From an uncultured Akkermansia sp. (GTDB lineage Bacteria; Verrucomicrobiota; Verrucomicrobiia; Verrucomicrobiales; Akkermansiaceae), in NCBI GenBank assembly GCA_947631275.1, contig CANRKR010000002.1, positions 296 through 64,295 on the forward strand: DNA of 64,000 nt, given 5' to 3'. Below the pieces are notes generated by a model. That model was not told where the DNA came from and ran no database searches. It saw only the letters and a program-made list of their open reading frames with translations. Made by a program: the position numbers and the translations under genes. Below, piece by piece: positions 1-10,607 of this stretch. Position 1 is the stretch's first letter. Every line of letters starts with the position of its first letter.

Positions 1-321
1 ATTCACAGCCGGGTGTATGGAAAAGCTCTCGGCGAATCACTACAACGAGCCTTCAACGAGGAGCTGCTGGATCGCCCGGGTGGGGTGTCCAACGGCGGCA
101 AGGGCTGCCGCACAATCATTCGTTACCGCAAGGAGGAAACCGCTTCCGGTTGGCTTAATGCGTTGGATGATGCCGGTATTCCCTCGGCTGTGATCGAGGC
201 GCTGTATGTAAACAATCGCGTTCACGCTGCTTACCTTCTCACGGATGCCGGGGGCAAAAAAGTAGCGCAGACCGTGGCCCACGGCATCATCAACTGGCTG
301 ACAAATCGGGGTAAACGCTAA
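1..321 (+). CDS. hypothetical protein, C-terminal fragment (frame open to window start)
   Basis: Frame +1 has no stop from base 1 to TAA 319-321. Composition is protein-like. No family recognised. The next ORF starts 8 nt downstream. Confidence 0.4.
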   Translation: MHSRVYGKALGESLQRAFNEELLDRPGGVSNGGKGCRTIIRYRKEETASGWLNALDDAGIPSAVIEALYVNNRVHAAYLLTDAGGKKVAQTVAHGIINWLTNRGKR

Positions 322-328
322 AGGCAAC

Positions 329-565
329 ATGGGATTTCGTTTTTACAGACGCTTTGGAATTCTCCCGGGCATCACCCTCAATTTAAGCAAGCGAGGGATA
401 TCCCTTTCTTGCGGGATTCGAGGCGCGCGCCTGACGCTTGGGAAATCAGGAGTTCGCAAGACGGTAGGTTTGCCAGGTACAGGCATGAATTACACATCTC
501 ATTCCTCATGGGATTCTCTGCGCTCGTTGTGGCACAAAAAGAAATCCAGAGATGAGAAAGATTAG
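329..565 (+). CDS. DUF4236-like small protein
   Basis: 78-aa ORF. MGFRFYRRFGILPGITLNLSKRGISLSCGIRGARLTLGKSGVRKTVGLPGTGMNY resembles the DUF4236 pattern as I remember it. Not searched. Confidence 0.6.
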   Translation: MGFRFYRRFGILPGITLNLSKRGISLSCGIRGARLTLGKSGVRKTVGLPGTGMNYTSHSSWDSLRSLWHKKKSRDEKD

Positions 566-787
566 TGTCAAGGGTGGTATCATCGGTTCGATAGTCGTTG
601 ATACATAAGGAGGGAAGAAAGACTTGTGAGTGGTATCAAGGGGGGATGCGAAGATTGTGGTTTGTAACAATCGATTTGTTGTTTTTTTTGCGTGCTGTTC
701 AAATTCCGCTTGGAAGGTAGCCTAGGGGGAAAAGAGGGAGATAGCGAACTTTTTGCCCTAAAAATCTCCCTGAATTGAAAAAAAGGC

Positions 788-815
788 TTGCCAAATGGAG
801 AAGCGGGTGTAAAAT
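788..815 (+). promoter_or_regulatory. sigma70-type promoter candidate for the str operon (TTGCCA-16-TAAAAT)
   Basis: TTGCCA at 788-793, 16-nt spacer, TAAAAT at 810-815. An A-tract (gaattgaaaaaaagg) lies just upstream. It sits about 147 nt before the rpsL ATG. Confidence 0.4.
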
Positions 816-962
816 ACTGTCTCCTTTCACGCGTATGGGATTTGCGCTGTGAACGGGAATTATCGGGTAAGCCGCCGGATAATCGGGCATTATCTCCCCG
901 CGCTGCGAGAGAGATGACCAGGTAGCGGCAGAACCTGAAAACCAACTAACTAGCAGGATATC

Positions 963-1364
963 ATGCCGACCATCAATCAGCTCGTCCGCAAGGGACGCAC
1001 AATGCCGGAAGAGAAGTCGAAGTCTCGCGCTCTTCACAGCTGCCCCCAGAGGCGCGGGGTATGCCTCCAGGTGATGACCCGTACGCCCAAGAAACCGAAC
1101 TCTGCACTGCGTAAAGTAGCCAAGGTGCGTCTCACCAATGGGGAAGAGGTTATCGCATACATCGGCGGCGAGGGACACAATTTGCAAGAGCACTCCATCG
1201 TGTTGGTTCGCGGCGGTCGTGTGAAGGACTTGCCCGGTGTTCGTTACCACATCGTTCGCGGCGCTCTGGATTGCCTCGGGGTTGATAAACGCCGCCGCGG
1301 TCGCTCGAAGTACGGCGCGAAGCGTCCGAAGGAAGGCGCCGCCGCTCCCGCCAAGAAGAAATAA
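963..1364 (+). CDS. rpsL: 30S ribosomal protein S12 (uS12)
   Basis: 133 aa. [13 protein letters not shown]-terminus and [10 protein letters not shown] motif. AGGA lies upstream of the ATG. Confidence 0.98.
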   Translation: MPTINQLVRKGRTMPEEKSKSRALHSCPQRRGVCLQVMTRTPKKPNSALRKVAKVRLTNGEEVIAYIGGEGHNLQEHSIVLVRGGRVKDLPGVRYHIVRGALDCLGVDKRRRGRSKYGAKRPKEGAAAPAKKK

Positions 1365-1392
1365 TCCCTGAACCCTTTCTCTACTACTCGTT

Positions 1393-1866
1393 ATGGCTCG
1401 TCGTAAACGCGTTTATAAGAAGCAGGAACACCGTGACTCACGGTATGATTCGGCACTGGTGGGCAAGCTCATCGGTAAGGTGATGCTCGCCGGGAAAAAA
1501 TCCCTCGCTGAGCGTATCGTGTACAAGGCTATCGATCTGGCGAATGAGGGAACAGATACTGTAAGCCCTCTGGAGATTCTGACCCGTGCCGTCGAGAATG
1601 CCAAGCCACGCGTGGAGGTGAAGAGCCGCCGCGTCGGCGGCGCGACGTATCAGGTGCCGCTGGAGGTGGCGCCGGATCGGTCTGAAGCTCTTGCCATGCG
1701 TTGGCTCATCGGTTTTGCCCGCAATCGCAAGGGGATACCCATGGCGAAGGCTCTGGCTAACGAGATCAAGGAAGCCGCTGCCAACCAGGGCGCTGCCGTA
1801 CGCAAACGCGACGATGTCCATAAGATGGCCCAGGCCAACCGCGCATTCGCTCATTTCCGCTGGTGA
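1393..1866 (+). CDS. rpsG: 30S ribosomal protein S7 (uS7)
   Basis: 157 aa, with the KSRRVGGATYQVP motif. Starts 28 nt after rpsL, in the canonical order. Confidence 0.98.
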   Translation: MARRKRVYKKQEHRDSRYDSALVGKLIGKVMLAGKKSLAERIVYKAIDLANEGTDTVSPLEILTRAVENAKPRVEVKSRRVGGATYQVPLEVAPDRSEALAMRWLIGFARNRKGIPMAKALANEIKEAAANQGAAVRKRDDVHKMAQANRAFAHFRW

Positions 1867-1934
1867 TTTTCTGAATTCATCGGCGGTTTTCTTTTATCCA
1901 AACAACTCAGAACTCCCAGAACGGAATTTTTACT

Positions 1935-4118
1935 ATGGCAAGTGTAAGCAGCCCGGATCGTAAGGAACCCTTGGAGCGTTACCGCAATTTCGGTATTGCG
2001 GCTCACATTGATGGCGGCAAGACGACTCTTTCGGAGCGCATTCTCTTCTACACCGGCATGATTCACAAAATTGGCGAGGTGCATGACGGCGCCGCAACGA
2101 CTGACTGGATGGAGCAGGAGCAGGAGCGCGGCATTACCATCACCTCTGCTGCGGTGACGACCAACTGGAAACAGCTTCCCGCTGAGGGCTGCTACAAGTT
2201 GTTCGAAAATCAGAACTTCCAGCTCAATGTGATTGACACCCCGGGGCACGTGGACTTTACGGCGGAAGTGGAGCGTAGTCTGCGCGTGCTGGACGGAGCG
2301 ATCGTGGTGTTCTGCGGTGTGGCGGGCGTGCAGCCTCAGACACAGACGGTGTGGCGCCAGGCTTCGAAATACAATGTGCCTCGCATCTGCTTTGTGAACA
2401 AGATGGATCGCACGGGCGCCAACTTTGCCAATGTGCTCAACGATATCCGCACCAAACTGGGGGCGAATGCCGCCCCGGTGCTCATGCCCATCGGCGCGGA
2501 GGATAGCTTGCGCGGACAGATTGACGTGGTGAATCAGAAGGCGATTATTTACGCCGATTCCGACCGTCTGGGGTCCACCTACACTATTGAGGAGATACCT
2601 GATGAGCTGAAGGAAGCTGCTCAGGCGGCTCTGGAAGATCTCAAGGAGCGTGTGGCGAACGTGGATGATGAGCTCGGTGAGTTGTACCTCATGGAGGAAC
2701 CCATTGATGCTCCCACGCTGAAGGCTGCCATCCGCCGTGCGACTATCGCAAACAAGTTCGTACCGGTAGCGGGAGGCTCTGCTTTCAAGAACAAGGGAGT
2801 GCAGGCTCTGCTGGACGCTGTGGTAGATTATCTTCCCAGTCCGTTGGAAGCGAAGCTTGCCACCGTGACCGCCACTGTTTCTTCCGGTCTGGATGAAAAC
2901 GGGTATGAGATTTTTGAGAAGAAGGAGATCACGCCTTCCGACGATGACAAACCCGTCGCTCTCGCTTTCAAGCTTTGGGCTGACAAATTCGTGGGGTCTC
3001 TGGTGTTCATTCGCGTGTACACGGGTGTTATTCGCAAAGGCGACACCGTTTACAATCCCCGCACCCGCAAACGTGAGCGCGTGGGGCGTCTCCTGCAGAT
3101 TCAGGCGAACGTGCACACCGATGTGGACGAGGTGTTCTCCGGTGATATTGCCGCCATCGTGGGATTGAAGAATGCGACCACAGGCGATACGCTGGCGAGT
3201 GATGACTTTGACTACACCCTGGAGCCGCCGACCTTCCCGGATACGGTGATATCCATGGCCGTGGAGCCGCTTACCAAGGCGGATCAGGAAAAGATGAGCA
3301 ACGCTCTGCAGCGCCTTTCCGCGGAGGATCCTACCTTCCGTGTGAAGACCGATGAGGAGACGGGGCAGACCATCATCGCCGGCATGGGCGAGTTGCACCT
3401 CGACATCATCGTGGATCGCCTCAAGCGCGAATTCAAAGTGGAGGCCAACACCGGCAAGCCGCAGATTGCTTACCGTGAGACGATCACCAAGTCCGCCGAT
3501 CACGTGCAAGGCAAGCTCGTCAAGCAGAGCGGCGGTCGCGGTCAGTATGGTGATGTCATCATCGACATGCGTCCCGGTGAACGCGGTACCGGGCTGAAGA
3601 TCGCCAACAAGATCGTCGGCGGCGCCATCCCGAAGGAGTACATGAACGCCGTGTACGCCGGTCTGAACGAGGCAATGAACTCCGGCATCGTGGCGGGATA
3701 TCCCGTGGAAGACGTGGAGGTGGATGTGGTGGATGGTTCCTACCACGAGGTGGACTCCAACGAAAACGCCTTCAAGATGGCGGCCATCTTCGCCATGAAG
3801 AATGCCTTTGCCAAGTGTGCCCCTGTCCTTCTGGAACCCATCATGAGTGTGGAAGTTGTTTCTCCTGCTGAGAACCAGGGCGATATCATGGGCGACCTCA
3901 ATCGCCGCCGCGCTCAGGTGAATGGCATGGAGCACAAAGGCAGCGAGTGTGTTCTCACCGCTGCTGTTCCTCTGGCGGAGATGTTCGGATACTCGACCGA
4001 TATTCGCACTCTGTCCAAGGGGCTGGCTTCCTACTCCATGGAGCCTTCGCACTTTGAGCAAGTTCCGCCCAACCTGGTGGCGCAGATCGTCAAGGCTCGC
4101 GGAGGAAATGCCAAGTAA
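1935..4118 (+). CDS. fusA: elongation factor G
   Basis: 727 aa. GTPase motifs [17 protein letters not shown] and NKMD are present. Classic rpsL-rpsG-fusA context. Confidence 0.97.
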   Translation: MASVSSPDRKEPLERYRNFGIAAHIDGGKTTLSERILFYTGMIHKIGEVHDGAATTDWMEQEQERGITITSAAVTTNWKQLPAEGCYKLFENQNFQLNVIDTPGHVDFTAEVERSLRVLDGAIVVFCGVAGVQPQTQTVWRQASKYNVPRICFVNKMDRTGANFANVLNDIRTKLGANAAPVLMPIGAEDSLRGQIDVVNQKAIIYADSDRLGSTYTIEEIPDELKEAAQAALEDLKERVANVDDELGELYLMEEPIDAPTLKAAIRRATIANKFVPVAGGSAFKNKGVQALLDAVVDYLPSPLEAKLATVTATVSSGLDENGYEIFEKKEITPSDDDKPVALAFKLWADKFVGSLVFIRVYTGVIRKGDTVYNPRTRKRERVGRLLQIQANVHTDVDEVFSGDIAAIVGLKNATTGDTLASDDFDYTLEPPTFPDTVISMAVEPLTKADQEKMSNALQRLSAEDPTFRVKTDEETGQTIIAGMGELHLDIIVDRLKREFKVEANTGKPQIAYRETITKSADHVQGKLVKQSGGRGQYGDVIIDMRPGERGTGLKIANKIVGGAIPKEYMNAVYAGLNEAMNSGIVAGYPVEDVEVDVVDGSYHEVDSNENAFKMAAIFAMKNAFAKCAPVLLEPIMSVEVVSPAENQGDIMGDLNRRRAQVNGMEHKGSECVLTAAVPLAEMFGYSTDIRTLSKGLASYSMEPSHFEQVPPNLVAQIVKARGGNAK

Positions 4119-4163
4119 TCCTTTTCATCCGAATTATTAACCCAAAACATAAACCGCACGTTC

Positions 4164-4472
4164 ATGCAAAGTCCTAAAATCCGCATACGACTTCGTGCCT
4201 TCGATAGCCGCGCCATCGACCGATCCGCTACTGAGATCGTGGAGACGGCGAAGCGCACCGGGGCAAAAGTAGCCGGGCCGATTCCTTTGCCGACTCGTAT
4301 CGAGAAGTTCTCTGTGAACCGCTCGGTTCGTGTCAATAAGAAATCAGCAGATCAGTTTGAGATCCGCACGCACAAGAGGCTGCTCGACATTGTCGATCCA
4401 ACCTCCCGCACGGTTGAAGAGCTCAAGAAGCTCAATCTTCCCGCCGGCGTGGATATCACGATCAAGATCTGA
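4164..4472 (+). CDS. rpsJ: 30S ribosomal protein S10 (uS10)
   Basis: 102 aa, with [10 protein letters not shown] at the N-terminus. It heads the S10 gene order. Confidence 0.97.
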   Translation: MQSPKIRIRLRAFDSRAIDRSATEIVETAKRTGAKVAGPIPLPTRIEKFSVNRSVRVNKKSADQFEIRTHKRLLDIVDPTSRTVEELKKLNLPAGVDITIKI

Positions 4473-4510
4473 GCCGCTCGTCGTTACGAACTCTAACCTG
4501 ATTGATTGAC

Positions 4511-5155
4511 ATGTCTATTGGTCTTATCGGAAAAAAAGTGGGCATGACCCGCGTTTTCAACAAGGAAACCGGCGCCATGATTCCCGTCACGGTGATTGAT
4601 GTAGCCGACAACACCTTCGCCCAGGTGAAGACTGAGGAGAAGGAAGGATACAACGCCGTGCAGGTTGCCTTCGGCTCCAGGAAAGAGAGCCGCCTTTCCC
4701 GTCCTGTTGCCGGGCACTACAAAAAGCTCGGCATCGAGCCCGCTGAGAAGCTCATGGAGTTCCGCGTCACCGCCGAAGAGCTGCCGCAGGAGGGCGCTAC
4801 TCACCCCGGCTGCGAGCTCTTTGCTGAAGGAGCATGGGTGGATGTTATCGGCACCAGCAAGGGCAAGGGCTTCCAGGGCGTTATGCGCCGTCACAACTTC
4901 CATGGCTCGCCCATGACCCACGGCTCTATGATGCACCGTCGTACCGGTGGTGTGGGCGCTTGCGCTACCCCCTCGCGCGTGTGGAAGGGGCAGAAGATGC
5001 CCGGGCGCATGGGTAACGAGCGCAGAACCGTGCAGAATCTGCGCGTGGTGCAGGTGCGCAAAGACGACCACGTAATTCTTGTGTCGGGACCTGTTCCGGG
5101 CGCCCGCGGAAGCTACGTGGTGATTCGTCCTGCCAAGAAAAAGCTTGCTAAGTAA
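4511..5155 (+). CDS. rplC: 50S ribosomal protein L3 (uL3)
   Basis: The track ORF starts at TTG 4502. The in-frame ATG at 4511 gives MSIGLIGKKVGMTRVF, the canonical uL3 N-terminus. Confidence 0.95.
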   Translation: MSIGLIGKKVGMTRVFNKETGAMIPVTVIDVADNTFAQVKTEEKEGYNAVQVAFGSRKESRLSRPVAGHYKKLGIEPAEKLMEFRVTAEELPQEGATHPGCELFAEGAWVDVIGTSKGKGFQGVMRRHNFHGSPMTHGSMMHRRTGGVGACATPSRVWKGQKMPGRMGNERRTVQNLRVVQVRKDDHVILVSGPVPGARGSYVVIRPAKKKLAK

Positions 5156-5183
5156 TAAACGTCGAACCTAGGAAAACCTATCT

Positions 5184-5795
5184 ATGTCCGCAAAAGAATT
5201 AACACTTGAAGCCGCGCACGAGGCAAATATCGTGACAGTCGGTCCCGAGAAGGGCTCCCAGGCTGTGCACGATGTTATCGTGGCGTACCAGGCCAACCGC
5301 CGTCAGGGCAGCGCCTGCACCAAGACGCGTGCCGAAGTGGCCGGCAACAACCGCAAGATTTACCGCCAGAAGGGCACGGGTAATGCCCGTCATGGCGATA
5401 AGCAGAGTCCCATCTTCGTGGGGGGCGGCGTCGTGTTCGGTCCGAAGCCTCGCGATTATTCGATGAAGGTGAACCGCAATGTGCGGCGTCTTGCTCTGCG
5501 CCGTGTGCTCGGGGATGCCGTGAGTGGCGGGAAGGTGCTCACTGTTCCTTCTTTCAATATCGAGGACGGTAAGACGAAGAGCTTTGTGGCGGCAGTGCAC
5601 GCGATGGTGGAGAATCCTCGCAAGGTGCTGATTATTGCCGATGAGTTTGACGAACTCACGAAGCGAGCCGGACGCAACGTGGCCGATGTACTGCTGATGA
5701 GCGCTGCCGAGGTAAACGTTGAGCAGCTCATGAATGCCAACAAGGTCGTGATCGTTGAATCCGCATTGGAAACCATAGCCAACCGCACGAAATAA
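5184..5795 (+). CDS. rplD: 50S ribosomal protein L4 (uL4)
   Basis: 203 aa, with KGTGNARHG...GGGVVFGPKPRDY. Position is after rplC. Confidence 0.93.
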   Translation: MSAKELTLEAAHEANIVTVGPEKGSQAVHDVIVAYQANRRQGSACTKTRAEVAGNNRKIYRQKGTGNARHGDKQSPIFVGGGVVFGPKPRDYSMKVNRNVRRLALRRVLGDAVSGGKVLTVPSFNIEDGKTKSFVAAVHAMVENPRKVLIIADEFDELTKRAGRNVADVLLMSAAEVNVEQLMNANKVVIVESALETIANRTK

Positions 5796-5797
5796 CC

Positions 5798-6082
5798 ATG
5801 AAAGATATCCATGATGTAATCAAGCGTCCGCGTGTCTCAGAGAAGGCGACCCTGCTGCACGAGAAGACTGGGGAAGTGGTTCTTGAGGTGGCGGTGAAGG
5901 CCACGAAGATTGAGATTCGCCAGGCAGTGGAAAAACTGCTTGGGAAGAAGGTAGCGGCTGTGCGCACTGCCAATTATGATGGCAAGTTGCGGCGCAAGCG
6001 CACGAAGAATCAGGGAGTGACTCCTGCATGGAAGAAAGCGTACGTCAAACTGGCTTCCGGCGAGTCTCTCGAGCTGGTGTAA
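5798..6082 (+). CDS. rplW: 50S ribosomal protein L23 (uL23)
   Basis: 94 aa, with IKRPRVSEKA. Starts 2 nt after rplD. Confidence 0.93.
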   Translation: MKDIHDVIKRPRVSEKATLLHEKTGEVVLEVAVKATKIEIRQAVEKLLGKKVAAVRTANYDGKLRRKRTKNQGVTPAWKKAYVKLASGESLELV

Positions 6083-6124
6083 ACCCATGAGTCCGGACAA
6101 CACGAACCAATAGAACAAACTATT

Positions 6125-6958
6125 ATGTCTCTGAAGTCTTTTAAGCCGACGACTCCCTCCAACCGCTACAAGGTGCTTCCCTCCTTCAAGGAGATCACCA
6201 AGAGCAAACCTGAGAAGTCTCTCCTTGAGCCTCTTCGCAAGAGCGGCGGTCGCAACAACAATGGTCGTATCACGACTCGCCACATCGGCGGCGGTCACAA
6301 GCGCCATTATCGTCTGGTGGATTTTCACAGGGCACGCCACGAAGCTGCCAAGGTGCTTGCTGTGGAGTATGATCCGAACCGTACCTGCCGCATTGCTCTC
6401 GTGCAATATCAGGATGGCGCGAAGAGTTACATCCTCGCTCCTGTTGGGTTGAGTGTGGGCATGACGGTGCAGAGCGGTGAGAATGTAGCTCCCAAGGTGG
6501 GCAACGCCATGCCGCTGCGGAACGTGCCCTTGGGGACGGCGATTCACAACATTGAAGTGCGCCCCGGTTCCGGCGGCAAAGTAGCTCGTTCCGCTGGTCA
6601 GCAGGCCGTTCTCTCCAACCGTGATGGCGAGTACGCCCTCGTAAAAATGCCTTCCGGCGAGGTGCGTCGTTTCCGTGTGGAATGCTACTGCACTATTGGT
6701 CAAGTGGGCAATACGCAGCACATGAATGAGTCCTCCGGTAAGGCGGGTCGCACCCGCTGGCTGGGAATTCGCCCAACCGTTCGCGGTATGTGCATGAACC
6801 CGGTGGATCATCCGAACGGTGGTGGTGAAGGTAAATCCAAGTCCGGTGGTGGTCGTCAGCACCTTAAGTCTCCCTGGGGACATGTGAAGGGGCAGAAGAC
6901 GCGCCGCATTCGCAAACCCAGCGATACCTTCATCGTGCAGCGTCGCAAGACTAAATAA
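6125..6958 (+). CDS. rplB: 50S ribosomal protein L2 (uL2)
   Basis: 277 aa, with [13 protein letters not shown] and HPNGGGEGK motifs. Confidence 0.97.
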   Translation: MSLKSFKPTTPSNRYKVLPSFKEITKSKPEKSLLEPLRKSGGRNNNGRITTRHIGGGHKRHYRLVDFHRARHEAAKVLAVEYDPNRTCRIALVQYQDGAKSYILAPVGLSVGMTVQSGENVAPKVGNAMPLRNVPLGTAIHNIEVRPGSGGKVARSAGQQAVLSNRDGEYALVKMPSGEVRRFRVECYCTIGQVGNTQHMNESSGKAGRTRWLGIRPTVRGMCMNPVDHPNGGGEGKSKSGGGRQHLKSPWGHVKGQKTRRIRKPSDTFIVQRRKTK

Positions 6959-6986
6959 GTTTAACCTATAACCGCATTATCGAACA

Positions 6987-7256
6987 ATGGGTCGTTCCCT
7001 GAAAAAAGGTCCGTTTGTCAGCCAATCCTTGTTGGACAAAGTCGACGCACAGCTGCAGAGTGGAGATCGCAAGCCGATCAAGACATGGAGCCGTGCCTCG
7101 ATGGTCATCCCGGATTTTGTGGGCCTCACTTTCCTCGTGCATGCCGGCAAGTCTTTCGCTACGGTCTATGTCACGGAGAATATGGTGGGTCACAAGCTGG
7201 GTGAATTTGCCCCCACGCGAATCTTCAAGGCTCACGGCGGTATCGGCAAAAAGTAA
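6987..7256 (+). CDS. rpsS: 30S ribosomal protein S19 (uS19)
   Basis: 89 aa, with [11 protein letters not shown] at the N-terminus. Confidence 0.97.
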   Translation: MGRSLKKGPFVSQSLLDKVDAQLQSGDRKPIKTWSRASMVIPDFVGLTFLVHAGKSFATVYVTENMVGHKLGEFAPTRIFKAHGGIGKK

Positions 7257-7308
7257 TTTCTGAGTTCATTCTCGGCTTTCTATTCCAACATAAGATAACA
7301 TTCTTTCC

Positions 7309-8016
7309 ATGGTCACTATCCTCCAACACGCACGCGGCATTCTGTTGCTCCTCGTCGGGGCAGCGGCGACCGTTGGCGCAGCGGAGGCCGATCGCGGAAC
7401 ACAACACACGATCTCCCAGCTCGAAAAACAGCTGGCTACTCTGCGCGAAAGTTATGCTCTCGCTCGGGCGGATGCCGACCGTGCCCGGACGCAGTTGCGG
7501 GAAATCCGCACGCGCCTGGAGGCTCTTGGTGGCGCTTCCCTGAGCGACAGCGAAGAGCGTTTGATCGACACAGCTGCTCAGCTTGAGGCTGCACGCCAGG
7601 AGAATGAGCAGCTTCGTCGCGCCGCTCTCCGTCTCACTGCCGCCATCAACGCTTACCTCAACGCTCCGCAGCAGGATGATGCTTCCACTCGTCGTGAGTT
7701 GGAATCCTCTCTGCGCGACCAGGAGCTTGCGATGGGAATGCGCATGGCTCCGCAGGACGTTCTTTCCGGTACCCCGGATGATGCGCAGGTGCTCAGCATT
7801 GATTCCGAGTCAGGTCTTATCGTGATCAACGCCGGCAGAGATGCCAAGGTGCGCGTAGGCATGCCCATGCAGATCACTCGCGGTGATCAGATCATCGCGA
7901 ACGCCATTGTGACTGACGTACGCAAAAAGGTCTCAGGGCTCCTCGTGCAACAGCATCTCAACCGACGCCTCTCGATCAACGTGGGCGATCAGGTGTCTGT
8001 CACAACCAACAATTAA
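7309..8016 (+). CDS. hypothetical secreted or anchored coiled-coil protein with a small C-terminal beta domain, embedded in the S10 operon
   Basis: 235-aa ATG ORF with a hydrophobic N-terminus (GILLLLVGAAATVGAAEA). About 130 aa of heptad-like A/E/R/L-rich sequence follows. The C-terminus reads VLSIDSESGLIVINAGRDAKVRVGMPMQITRGDQIIANAIVTDV. There is a 52-nt gap to rpsS and a 12-nt gap to rplV, with no hairpin on either side. Confidence 0.75.
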   Translation: MVTILQHARGILLLLVGAAATVGAAEADRGTQHTISQLEKQLATLRESYALARADADRARTQLREIRTRLEALGGASLSDSEERLIDTAAQLEAARQENEQLRRAALRLTAAINAYLNAPQQDDASTRRELESSLRDQELAMGMRMAPQDVLSGTPDDAQVLSIDSESGLIVINAGRDAKVRVGMPMQITRGDQIIANAIVTDVRKKVSGLLVQQHLNRRLSINVGDQVSVTTNN

Positions 8017-8028
8017 TCCAAATCCACA

Positions 8029-8367
8029 ATGGAAGTCAAAGCAATATGCAAGAATGCCCGCATTTCTGCCAAGAAGATGCGGGATGTAGCCTCTGCCGTG
8101 CAGGGAATGCCGGTAGCTAAGGCGATTGACGTGCTGAGCTACTCCCCTAAGAAAGGGGCTTACCTGATCAACAAGACGATCAAGTCGGCAGTAGCGAACG
8201 CGGAAAACAATAACGGTCTGGCAGTCGATCAGCTCGTATTGAAGAGTGTTCGGGTTGACGAGGGTGTCACCTATCGGCGTACGATGCAACGTGCCCGGGG
8301 GTCTGCCAACATCATCCGCAAGCGTACGGCGCATATCACAGTTGTTCTTTCTGAAGAAGAAGGCTAA
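8029..8367 (+). CDS. rplV: 50S ribosomal protein L22 (uL22)
   Basis: 112 aa. MEVKAICKNARISAKKMRDVA is a typical uL22 start. Confidence 0.95.
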   Translation: MEVKAICKNARISAKKMRDVASAVQGMPVAKAIDVLSYSPKKGAYLINKTIKSAVANAENNNGLAVDQLVLKSVRVDEGVTYRRTMQRARGSANIIRKRTAHITVVLSEEEG

Positions 8368-8387
8368 ATTAACATTTATCATCTTGT

Positions 8388-9137
8388 ATGGGACAAAAAG
8401 TAAATCCGATCGGGTTCCGTCTGGCCGTTACGAAGGACTGGCGTTCTAAGTGGTATGCTGTCGGAAAGGACTACGCCGATAAGCTGCACCAGGATATCAA
8501 GATCCGCAAGTTTATCAAGGACTACACCACTCGCCTCAACGGCGAGCTCAACAAGGGCAGCTCTCCCGCTATCTCTCGCATCGTTATTGAGCGCGCGTGG
8601 AACAGTGTCCGCATCACGATTTCCACTGCTCGCCCAGGCCTCGTCATCGGCCCCAAAGGGAAGTATATTGAAGAGATGACCTCTGAGCTTTCCAAGCTTT
8701 GTCAGGGGGCTCAGGTGAAGTTGGATATTATGGAAATCCGCCAACCGGAACTGGACGCCCAGCTCGTCGCTGAAAACATTGCTATTCAGCTTGAGCGCCG
8801 CGTTTCTTTCCGCCGCGCCATGAAGCGAGCTGTGCAGGTTGCAATGGATTTCGGGGCGGATGGCATTCGCGTGCGTTGCGCGGGACGTCTGGGCGGCGCA
8901 GATATTGCTCGTGCGGAGCAGTATCGTGAGGGGAAGGTGTCGCTGCAGACTCTGCGCGCACCCATCGACTACGGCTTTGCTGAAGCTCGCATGCTCTACG
9001 GTCTTATTGGTGTGAAGTGCTGGATCAACAAACGTTCGGATGTTGGTAATGGCGCATCGCCCGGTCGTGGCAATGGGTCGCGCCCCTCGCGTCCGCGTCG
9101 CGATCGTTCGGAGAACAATACCCGTCGTGATGCCTGA
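8388..9137 (+). CDS. rpsC: 30S ribosomal protein S3 (uS3)
   Basis: 249 aa, with [12 protein letters not shown] at the N-terminus and a basic R/G-rich C-terminal tail. Confidence 0.97.
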   Translation: MGQKVNPIGFRLAVTKDWRSKWYAVGKDYADKLHQDIKIRKFIKDYTTRLNGELNKGSSPAISRIVIERAWNSVRITISTARPGLVIGPKGKYIEEMTSELSKLCQGAQVKLDIMEIRQPELDAQLVAENIAIQLERRVSFRRAMKRAVQVAMDFGADGIRVRCAGRLGGADIARAEQYREGKVSLQTLRAPIDYGFAEARMLYGLIGVKCWINKRSDVGNGASPGRGNGSRPSRPRRDRSENNTRRDA

Positions 9138-9189
9138 GCGCTTTTCACCTCTCAGTCTGACAACTTTAACGATAGAAAGGGACTAGACT

Positions 9190-9624
9190 ATGCCTTTAAT
9201 GCCAAAACGAGTCAAGGGCAATCTTCGCAAGATGCACCGCGGCAACCGCGGCGGTAATGCTACGAGCGGAGATTATGTGGCCTTCGGTGATTATGGTCTT
9301 CAGGTGCTTACGCGCGGCTGGGTGACTAACAATCAGATCGAGGCTTGCCGTGTGGCTATCAATCGCTACCTGCGTCGTCGCGGGCGTGTGTACATCCGAA
9401 TCTTCCCGCAAAAATCCTTCACCAAGCGCCCGCCGGACACCCGTATGGGTAAGGGAAAAGGAGCTGTGGAGGGCTGGGTTGCGGTGTGCCGCCCGGGCAA
9501 TGTGATGTTTGAAGTCGGAGGTGTGACGGAGTCTGCTGCTCGTGAGGCTCTCCGCCTGGCTTCCAACAAGCTGGGTATTCGCACGCGTTTCGTGTACCGC
9601 CAGGGTGTGGAGCCCCAGGCCTGA
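9190..9624 (+). CDS. rplP: 50S ribosomal protein L16 (uL16)
   Basis: 144 aa, with MPLMPKRVK...HRG at the N-terminus. Confidence 0.96.
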   Translation: MPLMPKRVKGNLRKMHRGNRGGNATSGDYVAFGDYGLQVLTRGWVTNNQIEACRVAINRYLRRRGRVYIRIFPQKSFTKRPPDTRMGKGKGAVEGWVAVCRPGNVMFEVGGVTESAAREALRLASNKLGIRTRFVYRQGVEPQA

Positions 9625-9661
9625 TGTTCATCAATCCTTAACCAGTTCACATTATAGACTT

Positions 9662-9877
9662 ATGCCTGTAAAGAAAGCTAAAGATCTGCGGGGGATGAGC
9701 CCCAAGGAGCTTGCTGCTCACATCCGGGAACTCCGAAAGGAGCTCTTCGACCTGCGTCTCAAGAATGGTACCGGCTCCCTGGTGAATAACCAGCAGCTGC
9801 GTCTCGTGCGCAAGGAAATCGCCCGCGCCATGACGGTGCAGGGTGAGGGACCCTCCGCCCCTGCTCAGCAGGATTAA
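9662..9877 (+). CDS. rpmC: 50S ribosomal protein L29 (uL29)
   Basis: ATG 9662 lies in frame inside the longer track ORF 9542-9877. It gives 71 aa beginning MPVKKAKDLRGMSPKELAAHIRELRKELFDLR. Confidence 0.9.
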   Translation: MPVKKAKDLRGMSPKELAAHIRELRKELFDLRLKNGTGSLVNNQQLRLVRKEIARAMTVQGEGPSAPAQQD

Positions 9878-9901
9878 TCACCCCGAACCATACGTTGTTT
9901 T

Positions 9902-10177
9902 ATGAGCGAAGATTCTACTACCGCATCGAAACCCCGGGGACTGCGCAAGACCCGCGTTGGCGTTGTCGTATCGACCAAGATGTCCAAGACAATCGTGGTG
10001 GAGTACGTGGCGCGTGTGCCGCATCCCGTCTTCAAGAAGATCGTGAAACGCAGTAAGAAATACTATGCGCACGACGAGCAAGAGAGAGCCAAGGAAGGTG
10101 ATACCGTCCGAATTCGCGAGACGCGTCCGCTCTCTGCCTTGAAGCGTTGGGAACTTGTCGAGATTATCAAACACTAA
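9902..10177 (+). CDS. rpsQ: 30S ribosomal protein S17 (uS17)
   Basis: 91 aa, with [19 protein letters not shown]. Confidence 0.93.
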   Translation: MSEDSTTASKPRGLRKTRVGVVVSTKMSKTIVVEYVARVPHPVFKKIVKRSKKYYAHDEQERAKEGDTVRIRETRPLSALKRWELVEIIKH

Positions 10178-10198
10178 CCCCAAGAAAGGACTTGTTAT

Positions 10199-10564
10199 AT
10201 GCTTCAGATGGAATCCATCCTGCAGGTGGCCGACAATACCGGCGCCCGCACTGCAAAGATGATCGGCGTCATCGGCAAGGCCACAGATCAGGCGCACGTA
10301 GGTGATATCATCACCTGCCACATTCGCGAGTCTATCCCCACTGCTGCCGTGAAGAAAGGTACCGTGGTGAAGGCCGTGGTGGTGCGTACATCTGCGCCTA
10401 TTCGGCGTGATGATGGTTCTGTGCTGCGGTTCGATTCGAACGCTGTCGTCTGCATCGACAAGGATAATAATCCGCGTGGTACGCGTATTTTCGGGCCCGT
10501 TGCTCGCGAGCTGCGCGAGAAGGGGTTTATGAAGATTGTTTCCCTTGCCCCCGAGGTGCTCTGA
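10199..10564 (+). CDS. rplN: 50S ribosomal protein L14 (uL14)
   Basis: 121 aa, with [16 protein letters not shown] at the N-terminus. Confidence 0.97.
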   Translation: MLQMESILQVADNTGARTAKMIGVIGKATDQAHVGDIITCHIRESIPTAAVKKGTVVKAVVVRTSAPIRRDDGSVLRFDSNAVVCIDKDNNPRGTRIFGPVARELREKGFMKIVSLAPEVL

Positions 10565-10607
10565 GTTCCTCTTTGTTGTGTTTTTCCCCGCATGACGGGG
10601 AAGGATC

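Noticed and set aside
1851-4061. 736-aa ORF on the minus strand
   Set aside because: It lies entirely antisense to fusA, which has unambiguous GTPase motifs. Its R/A/G/H-rich composition is typical of shadow ORFs in G+C-rich DNA.
5837-6883. 348-aa ORF on the minus strand
   Set aside because: It is antisense to rplW/rplB, has no recognisable motifs and shows shadow-frame composition.
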